The notes below the pieces were generated by a model. It searched no databases. It was not told the origin of the DNA and worked only from the letters and a program-made list of their open reading frames with translations. DNA of 64,000 bases from a virus. Lineage: Duplodnaviria > Caudoviricetes. Shown in pieces: positions 28,816-38,810 of this stretch. How positions within the stretch are numbered: the first letter of the stretch is position 1; every line of letters begins with the position of its first letter. The DNA lies in the IMG/VR virus record IMGVR_UViG_2862465376_000001, positions 64,001 through 128,000 of that record; one strand, 5' to 3'. The position numbers were made by a program, and so were the translations under genes.

Positions 28816-29213
28816 GCCACGAGACCGTCCCGATTGCCTGGACCTCCAACGTCAGCAACATTCTGCGCTGGCTCTACAGCCACAAGGCCAACTGGGAGCC
28901 GATGGCCCTCACCGACCCTCCCTACCGCTGGGGGATCGTCCAGCGCGGCCAGGAGCGCTTCGCCATGCAGCCCGAGGACACCCTGTGCTGGGACGGCAAT
29001 CGTGTCTGGCTGCACTCCTCTCACCGTCAAGAGGTAGAGACCTGCGAAGCCAAGGAGGCACGTATGCTCAAGAAGTTCGGCACCGGAACGATCACTGAAG
29101 CCACGGGCGGCACCGAGGAAGGGCTGACATCCCGCATCGGGAGCGCGCTCACCCCCGAGGAGTGGGCGTCCGTGCTCATCGAGGCCGAGGAGACGGACAG
29201 CGAGGAGGAGTAG
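28812..29213 (+). CDS. hypothetical protein (possible nested start at 29064)
   Basis: ATGA overlap with primase; internal AAGGAGG RBS plus ATG at 29064. Confidence 0.5.
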   Translation: MSHETVPIAWTSNVSNILRWLYSHKANWEPMALTDPPYRWGIVQRGQERFAMQPEDTLCWDGNRVWLHSSHRQEVETCEAKEARMLKKFGTGTITEATGGTEEGLTSRIGSALTPEEWASVLIEAEETDSEEE

Positions 29214-29216
29214 AGG

Positions 29217-29963
29217 ATGCCGGGACTGCAGCTCGTCGGCCGTCCCGAACGCGCGATCCTCTCCATCAGTACCGCCCTCGTACCGGCCCCGCCCCGACCG
29301 GCGCCCGTCGTCCACGACGTCAACGGCTACTACGCCCGGCTCGGCGTGCCACCGACCGCGACCAAGCGGGAGATCCGCGAGGCGTACCAGGCCCGGGACG
29401 GCCAGAGCAGCGCCGAGCTGACCCGGATCTTCAAGACGCTCATCAACGCCGACCGGCGGGCCGCATACGACGCCAAGCAACCCGGCACGACCCACTTCGA
29501 CGCCTCCACCGTCGAGACGATCATGCGCTCCGCCGCCCTGCAGGCCGCCCGCCAGAACGCCGAATACGGCACCGAGACCACGGCCAGAGACATTCTTTCA
29601 ACTCTCACGGACGCCACCGGAAAACCGCTCCTCGAATTTCTTGCCTCCGACCCGGCGGACGGCTTTCATGATGACGAGACGAGGGACCGCCAACCCTCAT
29701 CCAGCCCCCCGGACACCTGGGCTTACTCCTACCTTCTCCTGGGCTCTACCTGCGACGACGTCGCCAGGCTCGCCCAGTGGCAGGAAGGACTCGCCCAGGC
29801 CCTGCGCGGACGGGAAATCAGCGGATTCACCGTTGGATTCCACGCCGCCGGGGACGCGCCGTTCCTTGTGGCGAAAGACCTCGGAACCCCCGTTTTCTTT
29901 CTCCACGAAGACCAGCCGGTGACCGAGGAGCTGATCGCGGCAGCCGCCACTGCCGCTGGCTGA
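29217..29963 (+). CDS. J-domain-like protein lacking HPD
   Basis: YYARLGVPPTATKREIREAY...L.NADRRAAYD matches DnaJ helices I, II and IV. Confidence 0.65.
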   Translation: MPGLQLVGRPERAILSISTALVPAPPRPAPVVHDVNGYYARLGVPPTATKREIREAYQARDGQSSAELTRIFKTLINADRRAAYDAKQPGTTHFDASTVETIMRSAALQAARQNAEYGTETTARDILSTLTDATGKPLLEFLASDPADGFHDDETRDRQPSSSPPDTWAYSYLLLGSTCDDVARLAQWQEGLAQALRGREISGFTVGFHAAGDAPFLVAKDLGTPVFFLHEDQPVTEELIAAAATAAG

Positions 29964-29999
29964 CACCCATCAGCATCATCAAGATCATCAGGAGCCATC

Positions 30000-30977
30000 G
30001 TGACCGCCAACACGAGCCCCGCCATCAACTTCCGCCGAGGCGGATCCGCCGCAGCCCAGGCCGAGAAGGAAGACAACGTCTCCTCCTCCGGCCGCCGTGG
30101 CCCGGACTTCTTCGGCATCAAGGAGGACGGCGAGTCGCTCGTCGTGCGCCTCCTGACCGACCACGACGAGTGGATCTGGGTCAAGCAGCACTCCTTCGTC
30201 CCGACCAAGCCGGGCCCCAAGGACGCCGAGAAGTGGCCCGAGGCCATGACCAGCGTCTGCCGCTACGACGAAGCGTTCGGCGGTCACTACAAGGACTGCT
30301 ACATCTGCGACGCCAAGATCAAGAGCAAGTGGGGCAAGCTCGCCTCCTCCCGCGTCCGCGTCTGGGCCCTCGTCGTCGAGCGCGAACTGGTGCGCGGCGA
30401 CGGCAGCGAGGCCCTCGGCGGCCCCGCCAAGCAGGGCGTCGTCATCGGCGTCCGCGACAAGATCGACGAGATCGATGAACTGGACGCCGACGGCAAGCCC
30501 ACCGGCGTCAAGCTGAACTACCCCCGCATCCTGGTCATCAACCAGCCGATGAAGGGCTTCTTCAGCCACCTCAAGGCCATCCACGGCCTCAACGGCACCG
30601 TCGTCGACAGGGACTTCCAGATCACCCGCGACGGCAAGGGCACCGACACCGAGTACAAGTTCGCCGCGATCGACCCGATCCGTGACCCGGCCACCCAGCA
30701 GAACCTCATCGCCCCCGGCACCCCCGCCTGGGACAAGTACCTCCAGGCCGTCGCCGAGCGCGAGATCAGCCTGGACTCCATCGTCGCCGACAAGGCCAGC
30801 GACGCGTACTACGCGAGGTTCTTCGACCCGTCCAAGACGGTCGACAAGGAAGGCAACGTCGTCGCCGTCGCCGGGGGCGCCGTGGGCATGATCAACGTTC
30901 AGAGCACCGACGGCCCGGCCGACATCTCGGACGACCTGCGCGCGAAGATCGCCAACCTCGGCGCGCCCTCCGCCTGA
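30000..30977 (+). CDS. single-stranded DNA-binding protein (T4 gp32-like)
   Basis: VVRLL...H...C...CYIC...RDFQITRDGKGTDTEY pattern; directly upstream of dnaE. Confidence 0.65.
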   Translation: MTANTSPAINFRRGGSAAAQAEKEDNVSSSGRRGPDFFGIKEDGESLVVRLLTDHDEWIWVKQHSFVPTKPGPKDAEKWPEAMTSVCRYDEAFGGHYKDCYICDAKIKSKWGKLASSRVRVWALVVERELVRGDGSEALGGPAKQGVVIGVRDKIDEIDELDADGKPTGVKLNYPRILVINQPMKGFFSHLKAIHGLNGTVVDRDFQITRDGKGTDTEYKFAAIDPIRDPATQQNLIAPGTPAWDKYLQAVAEREISLDSIVADKASDAYYARFFDPSKTVDKEGNVVAVAGGAVGMINVQSTDGPADISDDLRAKIANLGAPSA

Positions 30978-30993
30978 TCCAGGCGCACACACG

Positions 30994-31074
30994 CCGGTCC
31001 GCCCCGGGTGGCCGTCAGATACGGCCCCCAGTCGCTCCGCCAAGCGGCTGGATTGTTCGCCCGGGGCGGCCCGG
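30994..31074 (+). promoter_or_regulatory. three-way-junction leader of dnaE with CCGCCA loop
   Basis: Outer stem CCGCCCCGGG/CCCGGGGCGG; inner hairpins GGCCGT-CAGAT-ACGGCC and CAGTCGCT-CCGCCA-AGCGGCTG. Confidence 0.55.
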
Positions 31075-31113
31075 ACCACCTTTCGCCACCCTTCACGCGC
31101 AAGGACCACCACC

Positions 31114-34100
31114 GTGCTGCGCCTCATTACCTCCTACGCACCCGCCGACGCTCCTTATGTGCAGGTCGGCGACCTTCGCACCACTGCACCGGCCCTCGTC
31201 GAGCATGACGGAGACGGCACCCGCTGGTTCCTGACGCCAGCAACGAACCCACTCGGCGCGAGGCTTCCGCTCTGGAACCGGGCTGAGCGCGATGGAGCGG
31301 CAGGCATCCTCATCCACCTGGTCAACGGCGTGCTGGCCGTCCCCGCGCACCTTGTCGAGGAGCACAGCGGAGCCCAGCCCGGACAGATCCTCGACCTCAG
31401 CAACGTGCCCACTGCCGCCTTCGAGGACGCGCCGACCTACCACGAGGTCCTGGACCAGCTCGAAGCCGCCCAGGACCCGCCCAAGACGTCCTCCGGGTTC
31501 GTGCACCTCCACACGCACAGCGAGTACAGCCCGCTCGACGGCCTGTCCCGCATGGACGAGATCCTCCGCGAGGTCACCCGCCACGGCCAGACCGCCGTCG
31601 CCATCACCGACCACGGCACCTGCGCCGGGCACCCCGAGCTGCAGCGCGCGGCCGACAAGGCCGGGGTCAAGCCGGTCTTCGGCATCGAGGCGTACCTGTG
31701 CGACGACCGCGTCATCCGCGCCGAGAAGGGCGACAAGGAGTTGCAGGACAAGCTCCGCAACGACTACTGGCACGTCTGCCTCTTCGCCGAGAACGAGACC
31801 GGCCTGCGCAACATCTGGGCCGCCAGCACCGAGTCCTTCCGCGACGGCTTCTACTTCCGGCCCCGCATGGACTGGGACACCCTCGGCCGCTTCAGCGAGG
31901 GCGTCATTGCCTCCACCGGCTGCCTGCGCGGCCCCGTCGCCGTCGCCATCAAGACCGGAGACATGGAGCTGGCCCGCCAGCGCCTGACCCGGCTCATGGA
32001 CCTCTACCCGGGCCGCCTGTACGTCGAGCTGCAGCCCAACGACATGCCCGACCAGGTCAACCTCAACCAGGCCCTCGTCTCCCTGGCCGCCGAGTTCGGC
32101 CTGCCGCTGCTGGCCACCGTCGACAGCCACTTCCCGACCGCCGACGACGCCCACGCCCACGACGTCTGGATCGCCTGCCAGACCAACAAGGACGTCCAGG
32201 ACGAAGGCGACCTCTTCGCCGAGGACCTGAACCTCTACGTCATGGGCGAGGCCGAGGTCCGCGCCGGACTCGCCTACCTCGGCGAGCGCGTCGTCGAGGA
32301 GGCCATCGCCAACACCACGGCGCTGGCCGACCGCTGCAACGCCCGCATCGAAGGCGACACGACCACGCCCTCCTTCACCGGCGACCCGGCCGAGGACGAA
32401 CGACGGCTGAACGCCCTGTGCATCGCCAACTGGGACCGGCTGCCCGCCAGCGCCCAGGTCGGCGCATCCGGCTCACAGCGCATCTACCGCGACCGCTACA
32501 TGCGGGAGATGGACCTGCTGGTCGAGAAGGGCTTCTGCGGCTACTACCTCATGGTCGCAGACTACGTCGGCTGGGCGAAGGACCACGGCATCCTCGTCGG
32601 CCCCGGCCGGGGGAGCGGCGGCGGCTCGCTGGTTGCCTACCTCGCCCGCATCACCTCGCTCGACCCGGTCCGCCACGACCTGCTCTTCGAGCGGTTCCTG
32701 ACCCGGGGCCGCGCGGGCCTGCCGGACTTCGACGTGGACTTCCCCGCCTCGAAGAAGGCCGAGATCCTCGGCTACCTCCGCGAGCGCTGGGGCGAGAAGC
32801 AGGTCGTCTCCATCGGCTCCGAGCTGCGCCTGAAGAACAAGGCGGTCATCAACGAGCTGGTCCGCGCGCTCGCCTCCCAGCTCCCCGAGGGCGCCGCCGC
32901 CGACCTCCGCCAGGTCTCCACCCTCATCGACGAGGCCGAAGCCGGGACCGCCGGACTCGGCATGTCCTGGGAGGACCTCTGGGCCCAGCACGCCGACCAG
33001 CTCCAGCCGTTCGCCGACCGCTACCCCGAGCTGTTCGCCATGGCCGAGCGCCTGGTCGGCCGCCTGAAGTCCTACGGCCGCCACGCCGCCGGAGTCGTCA
33101 TCTCCACCGGCGCCCCGCTCACCGACTGGCTGCCGATGCGCACCATCGACGGCGAAGAGCAGATGGTGACCCAGTGGGCCATGGGCGACGTCGAGGCCAT
33201 CGGCCTGGTCAAGTTCGACATCCTCACCCTGCGCACCCTCGACACCATCCAGCAGACCCTCGACCTGGTCCGTGACCAGCGCCACTACGAGATCGACCTG
33301 GAGGCCTTCGAGGCCGAGTTCGAGGACCCGCTGGTCTGGGACGAGCTGCAGGGCGCCCACACCCTCGGCGTCTTCCAGGTCGAGACCCACTCCGGGACCC
33401 GCCTGTGCGAGCGCATGCGCCCAGGCAACGTCGCCGAGCTGGCCGACATGGTCACCATCGTCCGCCCCGGCCCCATGAACTCGGGCCTGACCGACGCCTA
33501 CCTCCGCCGCCGCGCGGGCGAGCAGGCCGTCTCCTTCCCCGACGAGCGCCTGCGCCGCGTTCTGGAGCCCACCTGGGGCGCCATGATCTACCAGGAGCAG
33601 GTCATGGCCGTCACCCGGCTCCTGGCCGGGTACGACGAGTCCGAGGCCGACTACGTCCGCCGCATCCTCGGCAAGAAGAAGGTCTCCGCGATCGCCGAGG
33701 CCGGGCAGACGTTCCTGGAGCGAGTCGACATGCCGCAGGAGGCTGCCGAGCGTCTGTGGAACCAGATGGCCGAGTTCTCCAAGTACGGCTTCAACAAGTC
33801 CCACGCCTACGCGTACGCGTTCCTCGCGTACTGGACCGCGTTCCTGAAGGTCAATTACCCGCGAGAGTTCCTCGTCGCCGCCATGAGCACCGTCGACAAG
33901 GACCGCGTCCCCGAGTTCGTCAAGGAGGCCCGGCGCCTCGACGTGGACGTCCTCCCACCGGACATCAACCGGTCCGGCGCGGGCTTCCGCCCCGACCCCG
34001 ACGCCTACGCGGTCCGCTACGGTCTCGATTCGGTAAAGGGCGTGGGGTCGGCCGCCGTCGCCGACCTACAAGCGGGCCAGCCGTATACAACCTGGGACGA

Positions 34101-34806
34101 CTTCACCGAGCGCAAGGGCCCCAAGGCCAACGCAGGAGTCGTCGCCCTCCTCGCCCGCGTCGGCGCCTTCGACACCCTCGTCGACAACCGGCGCGGTCTG
34201 GAAGCCAAGCTGCTCGCCGCCAAGACCGGCGACGACGCCCAGTGCGTCCACAAGAGGATAGAGACGGCCCCAGGCGCACTGCAGATCCAGAACGTCTGGT
34301 GCACCTTCGACTGGGCCAGCGAGCCCGCGCCGATCAACTCGCGCACCGGCAAGCTGCTCAAGCGCAAGCCGCTGCCCAAGCGCTGCACCAAGGCATGCCG
34401 CCAGTACACCGCACCGCCGCCGATGGAGATCCACAGCATCGATCCGTACACGCCGGTCGACGTACGGACCATCGAGCACGAGATGCTCGGCACCTACCTC
34501 TCCAGCACCCCGTTCGACGACCTCGGCGAGCAGGACCGCGCCACCCTCCGCGCGCAGGCCGAGCTGCTGGCCACCGGCCCGAACGGCACCTACTACGTCG
34601 CCGCGATCGTCGCCGGAGCCCGGCCGCACCGGTCCGGGGAGATGGGCTTCCTGACCCTGGAGACCGAGGTCTCCACTCTCCGCGCCGCCGTGTTCCGCGA
34701 CGCCTGGACCGTCGAGCAGCGCCGCTTCACCAAGGGCGCCCTGTGCCTGGCCGAACTCCGCAAAACCGACCGGGGCCTGAGCCTCGTCACCTACCAGCCC
34801 CTCTGA
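31114..34806 (+). CDS. dnaE: DNA polymerase III alpha subunit
   Basis: FVHLHTHSEYSPLDG (PHP), GPGRGSGGGSLVAY, PDFDVDF, KFDIL, YGFNKSHA. Confidence 0.97.
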   Translation: MLRLITSYAPADAPYVQVGDLRTTAPALVEHDGDGTRWFLTPATNPLGARLPLWNRAERDGAAGILIHLVNGVLAVPAHLVEEHSGAQPGQILDLSNVPTAAFEDAPTYHEVLDQLEAAQDPPKTSSGFVHLHTHSEYSPLDGLSRMDEILREVTRHGQTAVAITDHGTCAGHPELQRAADKAGVKPVFGIEAYLCDDRVIRAEKGDKELQDKLRNDYWHVCLFAENETGLRNIWAASTESFRDGFYFRPRMDWDTLGRFSEGVIASTGCLRGPVAVAIKTGDMELARQRLTRLMDLYPGRLYVELQPNDMPDQVNLNQALVSLAAEFGLPLLATVDSHFPTADDAHAHDVWIACQTNKDVQDEGDLFAEDLNLYVMGEAEVRAGLAYLGERVVEEAIANTTALADRCNARIEGDTTTPSFTGDPAEDERRLNALCIANWDRLPASAQVGASGSQRIYRDRYMREMDLLVEKGFCGYYLMVADYVGWAKDHGILVGPGRGSGGGSLVAYLARITSLDPVRHDLLFERFLTRGRAGLPDFDVDFPASKKAEILGYLRERWGEKQVVSIGSELRLKNKAVINELVRALASQLPEGAAADLRQVSTLIDEAEAGTAGLGMSWEDLWAQHADQLQPFADRYPELFAMAERLVGRLKSYGRHAAGVVISTGAPLTDWLPMRTIDGEEQMVTQWAMGDVEAIGLVKFDILTLRTLDTIQQTLDLVRDQRHYEIDLEAFEAEFEDPLVWDELQGAHTLGVFQVETHSGTRLCERMRPGNVAELADMVTIVRPGPMNSGLTDAYLRRRAGEQAVSFPDERLRRVLEPTWGAMIYQEQVMAVTRLLAGYDESEADYVRRILGKKKVSAIAEAGQTFLERVDMPQEAAERLWNQMAEFSKYGFNKSHAYAYAFLAYWTAFLKVNYPREFLVAAMSTVDKDRVPEFVKEARRLDVDVLPPDINRSGAGFRPDPDAYAVRYGLDSVKGVGSAAVADLQAGQPYTTWDDFTERKGPKANAGVVALLARVGAFDTLVDNRRGLEAKLLAAKTGDDAQCVHKRIETAPGALQIQNVWCTFDWASEPAPINSRTGKLLKRKPLPKRCTKACRQYTAPPPMEIHSIDPYTPVDVRTIEHEMLGTYLSSTPFDDLGEQDRATLRAQAELLATGPNGTYYVAAIVAGARPHRSGEMGFLTLETEVSTLRAAVFRDAWTVEQRRFTKGALCLAELRKTDRGLSLVTYQPL

Positions 34807-34817
34807 GGAGCCCCTTC

Positions 34818-35255
34818 GTGGACAGATCCGACCGCAACCTCCTGATCAAGATCGTCGCCTTGGCATCCTGCGCTGCTGCCGTCATCGCCGTCGTGGCCTT
34901 CGGCATCAAGTGGGCCACGGCCGACCTGCGCGGCGCCGCCGACGCCCGGGAGAAGACCGTCGCCAACGGCGACTTCCGCATCGGCACCTACGAGCAGTTC
35001 TTCGACCTCTGCTCCTCCGTCCAGTCCGCCGAGGCCGCCATCAAGAACGCCGAGACCGAGCTGGCCACCAAGCCCCCGGCCGACCGCGCGGAGAAGCTCC
35101 AGCAGGTCATCACCGCCCAGCGCAACGTCCGGGCGGACTCCATCACCACCTACAACTCCAAGGCCGCCCAGAACCACCGCCAGGCCTTCCAGGACACCGA
35201 CCTCCCCTACACCCTCGACCTGAACACCCAGGAGACCCAGTGCGCAGCCGCCTGA
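34818..35255 (+). CDS. membrane-anchored hypothetical protein
   Basis: GAGGAG RBS, N-terminal TM helix, coiled coil. Confidence 0.65.
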   Translation: MDRSDRNLLIKIVALASCAAAVIAVVAFGIKWATADLRGAADAREKTVANGDFRIGTYEQFFDLCSSVQSAEAAIKNAETELATKPPADRAEKLQQVITAQRNVRADSITTYNSKAAQNHRQAFQDTDLPYTLDLNTQETQCAAA

Positions 35256-35818
35256 CCCACCGCATCCTCGCCGCCCTCGCGGTCGTCTTCCTCGCCGTCG
35301 GCCTCACCGCCTGCGAAGAGGAGTCCAAGCCCTCCTCGCGGTCCAAGGAGAACAAGGCCCGCAACAGCAACTACGACGAGCTGGTCGCCAAGCAGCCCGC
35401 CGCGAAGCTCGACTACTCGCCGACCCGCGAGACGAAGAACTTCTGGATCAAGACCTGGGGCAAGCAGGCCAACAAGCTGTCCTACGTCTACATCCAGAAC
35501 GCCAACGGCCAGTACGGCTACTACGTCCTCAAGGGCCTGCCCGTCACCTACTGCGTCAGCCTTCTCCCGCCGGAGACCAAGACGCGCGGCGACCTCGGCC
35601 AGTACGACGGCGACCTGGTCGTCCAGGGCCCCTCCATGGACGGCACCTACTCCAGCCAGTCCAACTGCACCTCGTACTACGGCCAGGACGCCGAGAGCGG
35701 CGCCTACGTCGAGTGGAGCGTCGGCGCGAACCAGTCGTACTTCCTCTACTCCGAGCCGATGGACCTGCCGCAGTTCAAGGACGCCGTCCCCCTCGGCAAG
35801 ACCAAGATCAAGAACTAG
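35240..35818 (+). CDS. lipoprotein
   Basis: Signal peptide with lipobox LTAC. Confidence 0.7.
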   Translation: MRSRLTHRILAALAVVFLAVGLTACEEESKPSSRSKENKARNSNYDELVAKQPAAKLDYSPTRETKNFWIKTWGKQANKLSYVYIQNANGQYGYYVLKGLPVTYCVSLLPPETKTRGDLGQYDGDLVVQGPSMDGTYSSQSNCTSYYGQDAESGAYVEWSVGANQSYFLYSEPMDLPQFKDAVPLGKTKIKN

Positions 35819-35840
35819 CTCGCCCTCTGGAGGCGCCGCC

Positions 35841-36308
35841 ATGGCCCGACTGATCAAGAACACCCGCACCGAAGCCCAGCACGACTGGCCCGACGACGTC
35901 TTCATCCAGGGCGGCGAACGCGGCGTCGTGGTCGGCGGGCCGGGCGGCGCCTACCAGACTGCCTTCTTCGAGGCGTTCCCCGGAGGCACCTTCCTGCGCG
36001 GCGAGGGCAAGACCCTCGCCGAGGCCGAGGAGAAGTGCTGGAAGCAGTACCAGACCTTCACGGCCTGCGACGGCACCGGCGAGCCCCACGGCCCCTTCGA
36101 GCGCCGCCAGTACCGCAACGGCGCCGGATTCTGCACCCGCTGCGGCACCTGGATGAGCAAGGTCTTCGAGCCGCTCCCCGAGGACCCCGACCGCAAGCGC
36201 AGCCTCGCGGAACGGGTCTTCGTCGACCAGGACTCCGAGGCCATCATCGAGGCCCTCGACACCGTCGCCAACGCCGCCTCCCTGCCCCACGCCCCCAGCG
36301 GCGAGTAA
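35841..36308 (+). CDS. hypothetical Zn-ribbon protein
   Basis: GGAGG RBS; C..H...CTRCG. Confidence 0.6.
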   Translation: MARLIKNTRTEAQHDWPDDVFIQGGERGVVVGGPGGAYQTAFFEAFPGGTFLRGEGKTLAEAEEKCWKQYQTFTACDGTGEPHGPFERRQYRNGAGFCTRCGTWMSKVFEPLPEDPDRKRSLAERVFVDQDSEAIIEALDTVANAASLPHAPSGE

Positions 36309-36325
36309 CCCCCGAAGGAGCCGTC

Positions 36326-36940
36326 ATGCCCAGCTTCATCCCCTCCATCCGCCACCCGTACTGGGGGCTCCTCGGCGTCAAGGCCCACGAGAGCCGCACC
36401 CGCCTCGGCATCTCCCAGGCCAAGGTCGCCCTGCAGGTCGGCCTCTCCGTCCGCGAGTACGCCGCCCTGGAGTCCGGCTTCATCCCGCCCGACGTCGCCG
36501 AAGCCCTCGGCCGCCTCGAACTCCTGCAGCTCGACTACGCCCTCGACTGGAGCGAGGGCACCTCACAGGAGACCGTCGCCCAATCCATCAAGGTCATGTC
36601 AGCCCCCACCTGGAACCCCTCCACCGAAGGCTTCACCCCGGACCGCTCCGAGTACAGCCAGGGCGCATGGGTCCGACTCGGCAAGGCCATCCAGAACGGC
36701 CGCCTCGCTCTGAAGATGACCCGCAACGTCTTCGCCTACGCCATCAAGTCCACCAGCAAGACCGTCATGCGCCTGGAGGAGGGCCGCGTCTACGGCGACC
36801 CCCGCACCGCACCGCCCGGCGACTACAACTCCGAGAAGTACATGCTCAAGCGCCTCCCGCTCATCGAGATGGCCCTGGAGTGGGACGCCGGACAAGCCCG
36901 CATCATCCTCGACGGCACCACTGTCAGTCGCACGGCGTAA
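36326..36940 (+). CDS. double XRE-family HTH regulator
   Basis: RTRLGISQAKVALQVGLSVREYAALESG and RLALKMTRNVFAYAIKSTSKTVMRLEEG. Confidence 0.75.
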   Translation: MPSFIPSIRHPYWGLLGVKAHESRTRLGISQAKVALQVGLSVREYAALESGFIPPDVAEALGRLELLQLDYALDWSEGTSQETVAQSIKVMSAPTWNPSTEGFTPDRSEYSQGAWVRLGKAIQNGRLALKMTRNVFAYAIKSTSKTVMRLEEGRVYGDPRTAPPGDYNSEKYMLKRLPLIEMALEWDAGQARIILDGTTVSRTA

Positions 36941-37008
36941 GCTCAATTCAGCCAACCGCCATTGGCCAACAGCTGACCGCCACAGCTGCCACTCCTACCG
37001 CCAAGGAG
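36937..37008 (+). promoter_or_regulatory. -10-like TAAGCT followed by three tandem CCGCCA-loop hairpins, the last covering the RBS
   Basis: GCCAA-CCGCCA-TTGGC, CAGCTG-ACCGCCA-CAGCTG, CTCCT-ACCGCCA-AGGAG. Confidence 0.65.
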
Positions 37009-37014
37009 CCCTAC

Positions 37015-37221
37015 ATGCCCGACCCATCAGTACCCTCCCCCGACGTTGCTGCCGCCGACGTGGCTCAGCTCCAGCGCGCCGCCGACGCCGAACTCATCGA
37101 CGGCTACCGGCAGGCGGTGCGATTCCTCGCCAGGGTCGAAGAGGTCAGCAACATCAACGTCAACGACGCCTACGACGGCCTCGCCAGCGCATTCGCGCGG
37201 GCCATCACCGCCATCGGCTGA
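37015..37221 (+). CDS. small hypothetical protein
   Basis: AAGGAG RBS. Confidence 0.55.
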   Translation: MPDPSVPSPDVAAADVAQLQRAADAELIDGYRQAVRFLARVEEVSNINVNDAYDGLASAFARAITAIG

Positions 37222-37251
37222 CCAGCCTCTCCTCCCGCCAAGGAGCCCCGC

Positions 37252-38379
37252 ATGCCGCCCAAGTCCCGCCTCGCCAAGCTGCGCGCCGACCTCACCAAGG
37301 TCTACGGCGACCGCGTCACCCGACGCGACACCATGACCCGCCCCGACTTCATCTCCAGCGGATCCCTCACCCTCGACTACGCCCTCGGCGGCGGCTTCGC
37401 CCTCAAGCGCACCCACGAGATCGTCGGCCCCGAGGGCATGGGCAAGACCACCCAGACGATCCTCGCCATGGTCGACGCCCAGAAGAAGTTCCCCGACCGG
37501 GGCGTCGCCGTCATCGACATGGAGCAGTCCTTCGACTTCGACTGGGCCGCCAGCCTCGGCCTCGACCTCGACGAGGACCGCTTCATCCACGTCTACCCGG
37601 ACCACTCCGAGGACGTCTCCGACCAGATCACCATGCTGCTGCGCGACGGAGCGATCTGCCTCGTCACCGTCGACTCCGTCGGCGGCATGGAGTCCAAGGC
37701 CGCCTTCGAGAAGCGCGCCGAGGACTCCGCCATGGGCAAGAACTCCCAGGTCATCTCCCGCATGGTCAAGCGCGTCGCGGGCCTGTGCCGCGAGCAGAAC
37801 GCGGCCGTGATCTTCGTGAACCAGTACCGCGCCGACATCGGCAACCCGCGCGGCGGCCAGAAGTCCGCCGGACCCTCGGCCCTGAAGTACAACACCACCA
37901 CCAAGATCAAGATGAGCCGCACCGGCGAGCCCACGAAGAAGGTCTCCATCTCGGACGCCGTCTCCAAGGCCCCCGCCGAGCTGGAGGTCGGCCGCCAGAT
38001 CCGGGCCAGGGTCGAACGGAACAAGCTCGCCCCCCAGGGCCGCGTCGCCGACTACTGGTTCTTCAACAAGGCCAGCAGCAAGTACGGCCCCGTCGGCATC
38101 GACCGCGCCGACGAGGCCATCACCCTCGGCATCGCCACCGGCGCCATCAAGCGCCTGTCCACCGTCTCCTACGAGATGCCCGACGGCACCACCGTCAAGG
38201 GCGGACGCCCCGGCGTCGAGGCCGCCATCGCCGAGCGGCCCGAGCTGGTCGAGCAGGTCCGCCTCAAGGCCCTGGAGGCCATCTCGGCCGACATCAAGGA
38301 CGACCACGAGGTCACCTACGACGACGCCCCCGACGGCGTCAACACCACCACCGGCGAGATCACGGAGGCCGCAGCATGA
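37252..38379 (+). CDS. recA: RecA-family recombinase
   Basis: SSGSLTLDYALGGG, GPEGMGKTT, VDSV, IFVNQYR, RNKLAP. Confidence 0.93.
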   Translation: MPPKSRLAKLRADLTKVYGDRVTRRDTMTRPDFISSGSLTLDYALGGGFALKRTHEIVGPEGMGKTTQTILAMVDAQKKFPDRGVAVIDMEQSFDFDWAASLGLDLDEDRFIHVYPDHSEDVSDQITMLLRDGAICLVTVDSVGGMESKAAFEKRAEDSAMGKNSQVISRMVKRVAGLCREQNAAVIFVNQYRADIGNPRGGQKSAGPSALKYNTTTKIKMSRTGEPTKKVSISDAVSKAPAELEVGRQIRARVERNKLAPQGRVADYWFFNKASSKYGPVGIDRADEAITLGIATGAIKRLSTVSYEMPDGTTVKGGRPGVEAAIAERPELVEQVRLKALEAISADIKDDHEVTYDDAPDGVNTTTGEITEAAA

Positions 38380-38810
38380 AGAACACCCTGAAGCGCGCGT
38401 GGGCCGCCACCGGCACCGAGACCTTCTTCTACGCCAGCGGAGCGATCATCCTGTTCGTCCTCGCCGCCGCCTGGTACGAGCTGCACGACGAATTCGACAT
38501 CGCCGCCGCCGCCGACACGGAAGGGTTCCGCCTCGCAACCCTGCTCATCGCGACCGCCCTGGGACTCGGCGTCGTGGCCGGGGGCATCGTCTGGCGCATC
38601 GTGTCCCGCTACCTCCCCGAAGCCCCCCAGGCGAAGGAACCCCTTCCGATCGACCCCACCTTCCCGCCCTCCCGCATGGTGTACCTCCGAGGAGAGGACG
38701 AGCGGGAGAACTGCGTCTGCCACGACAGGCCGATCGAGGACGGCACGGAGATCTGGTACTGGCACCAGCCCGCCAAGCTCGTCTGCGCCGAGGAATACAA
38801 CGCCGGATGA
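38376..38810 (+). CDS. membrane protein
   Basis: Two TM helices; coupled to recA. Confidence 0.6.
   Translation: MKNTLKRAWAATGTETFFYASGAIILFVLAAAWYELHDEFDIAAAADTEGFRLATLLIATALGLGVVAGGIVWRIVSRYLPEAPQAKEPLPIDPTFPPSRMVYLRGEDERENCVCHDRPIEDGTEIWYWHQPAKLVCAEEYNAG

Noticed and set aside
34818-35818. Spanin pair (TM protein plus overlapping lipoprotein)
   Set aside because: The likely host is monoderm, no endolysin or holin is adjacent, and the pair sits in the replication block.
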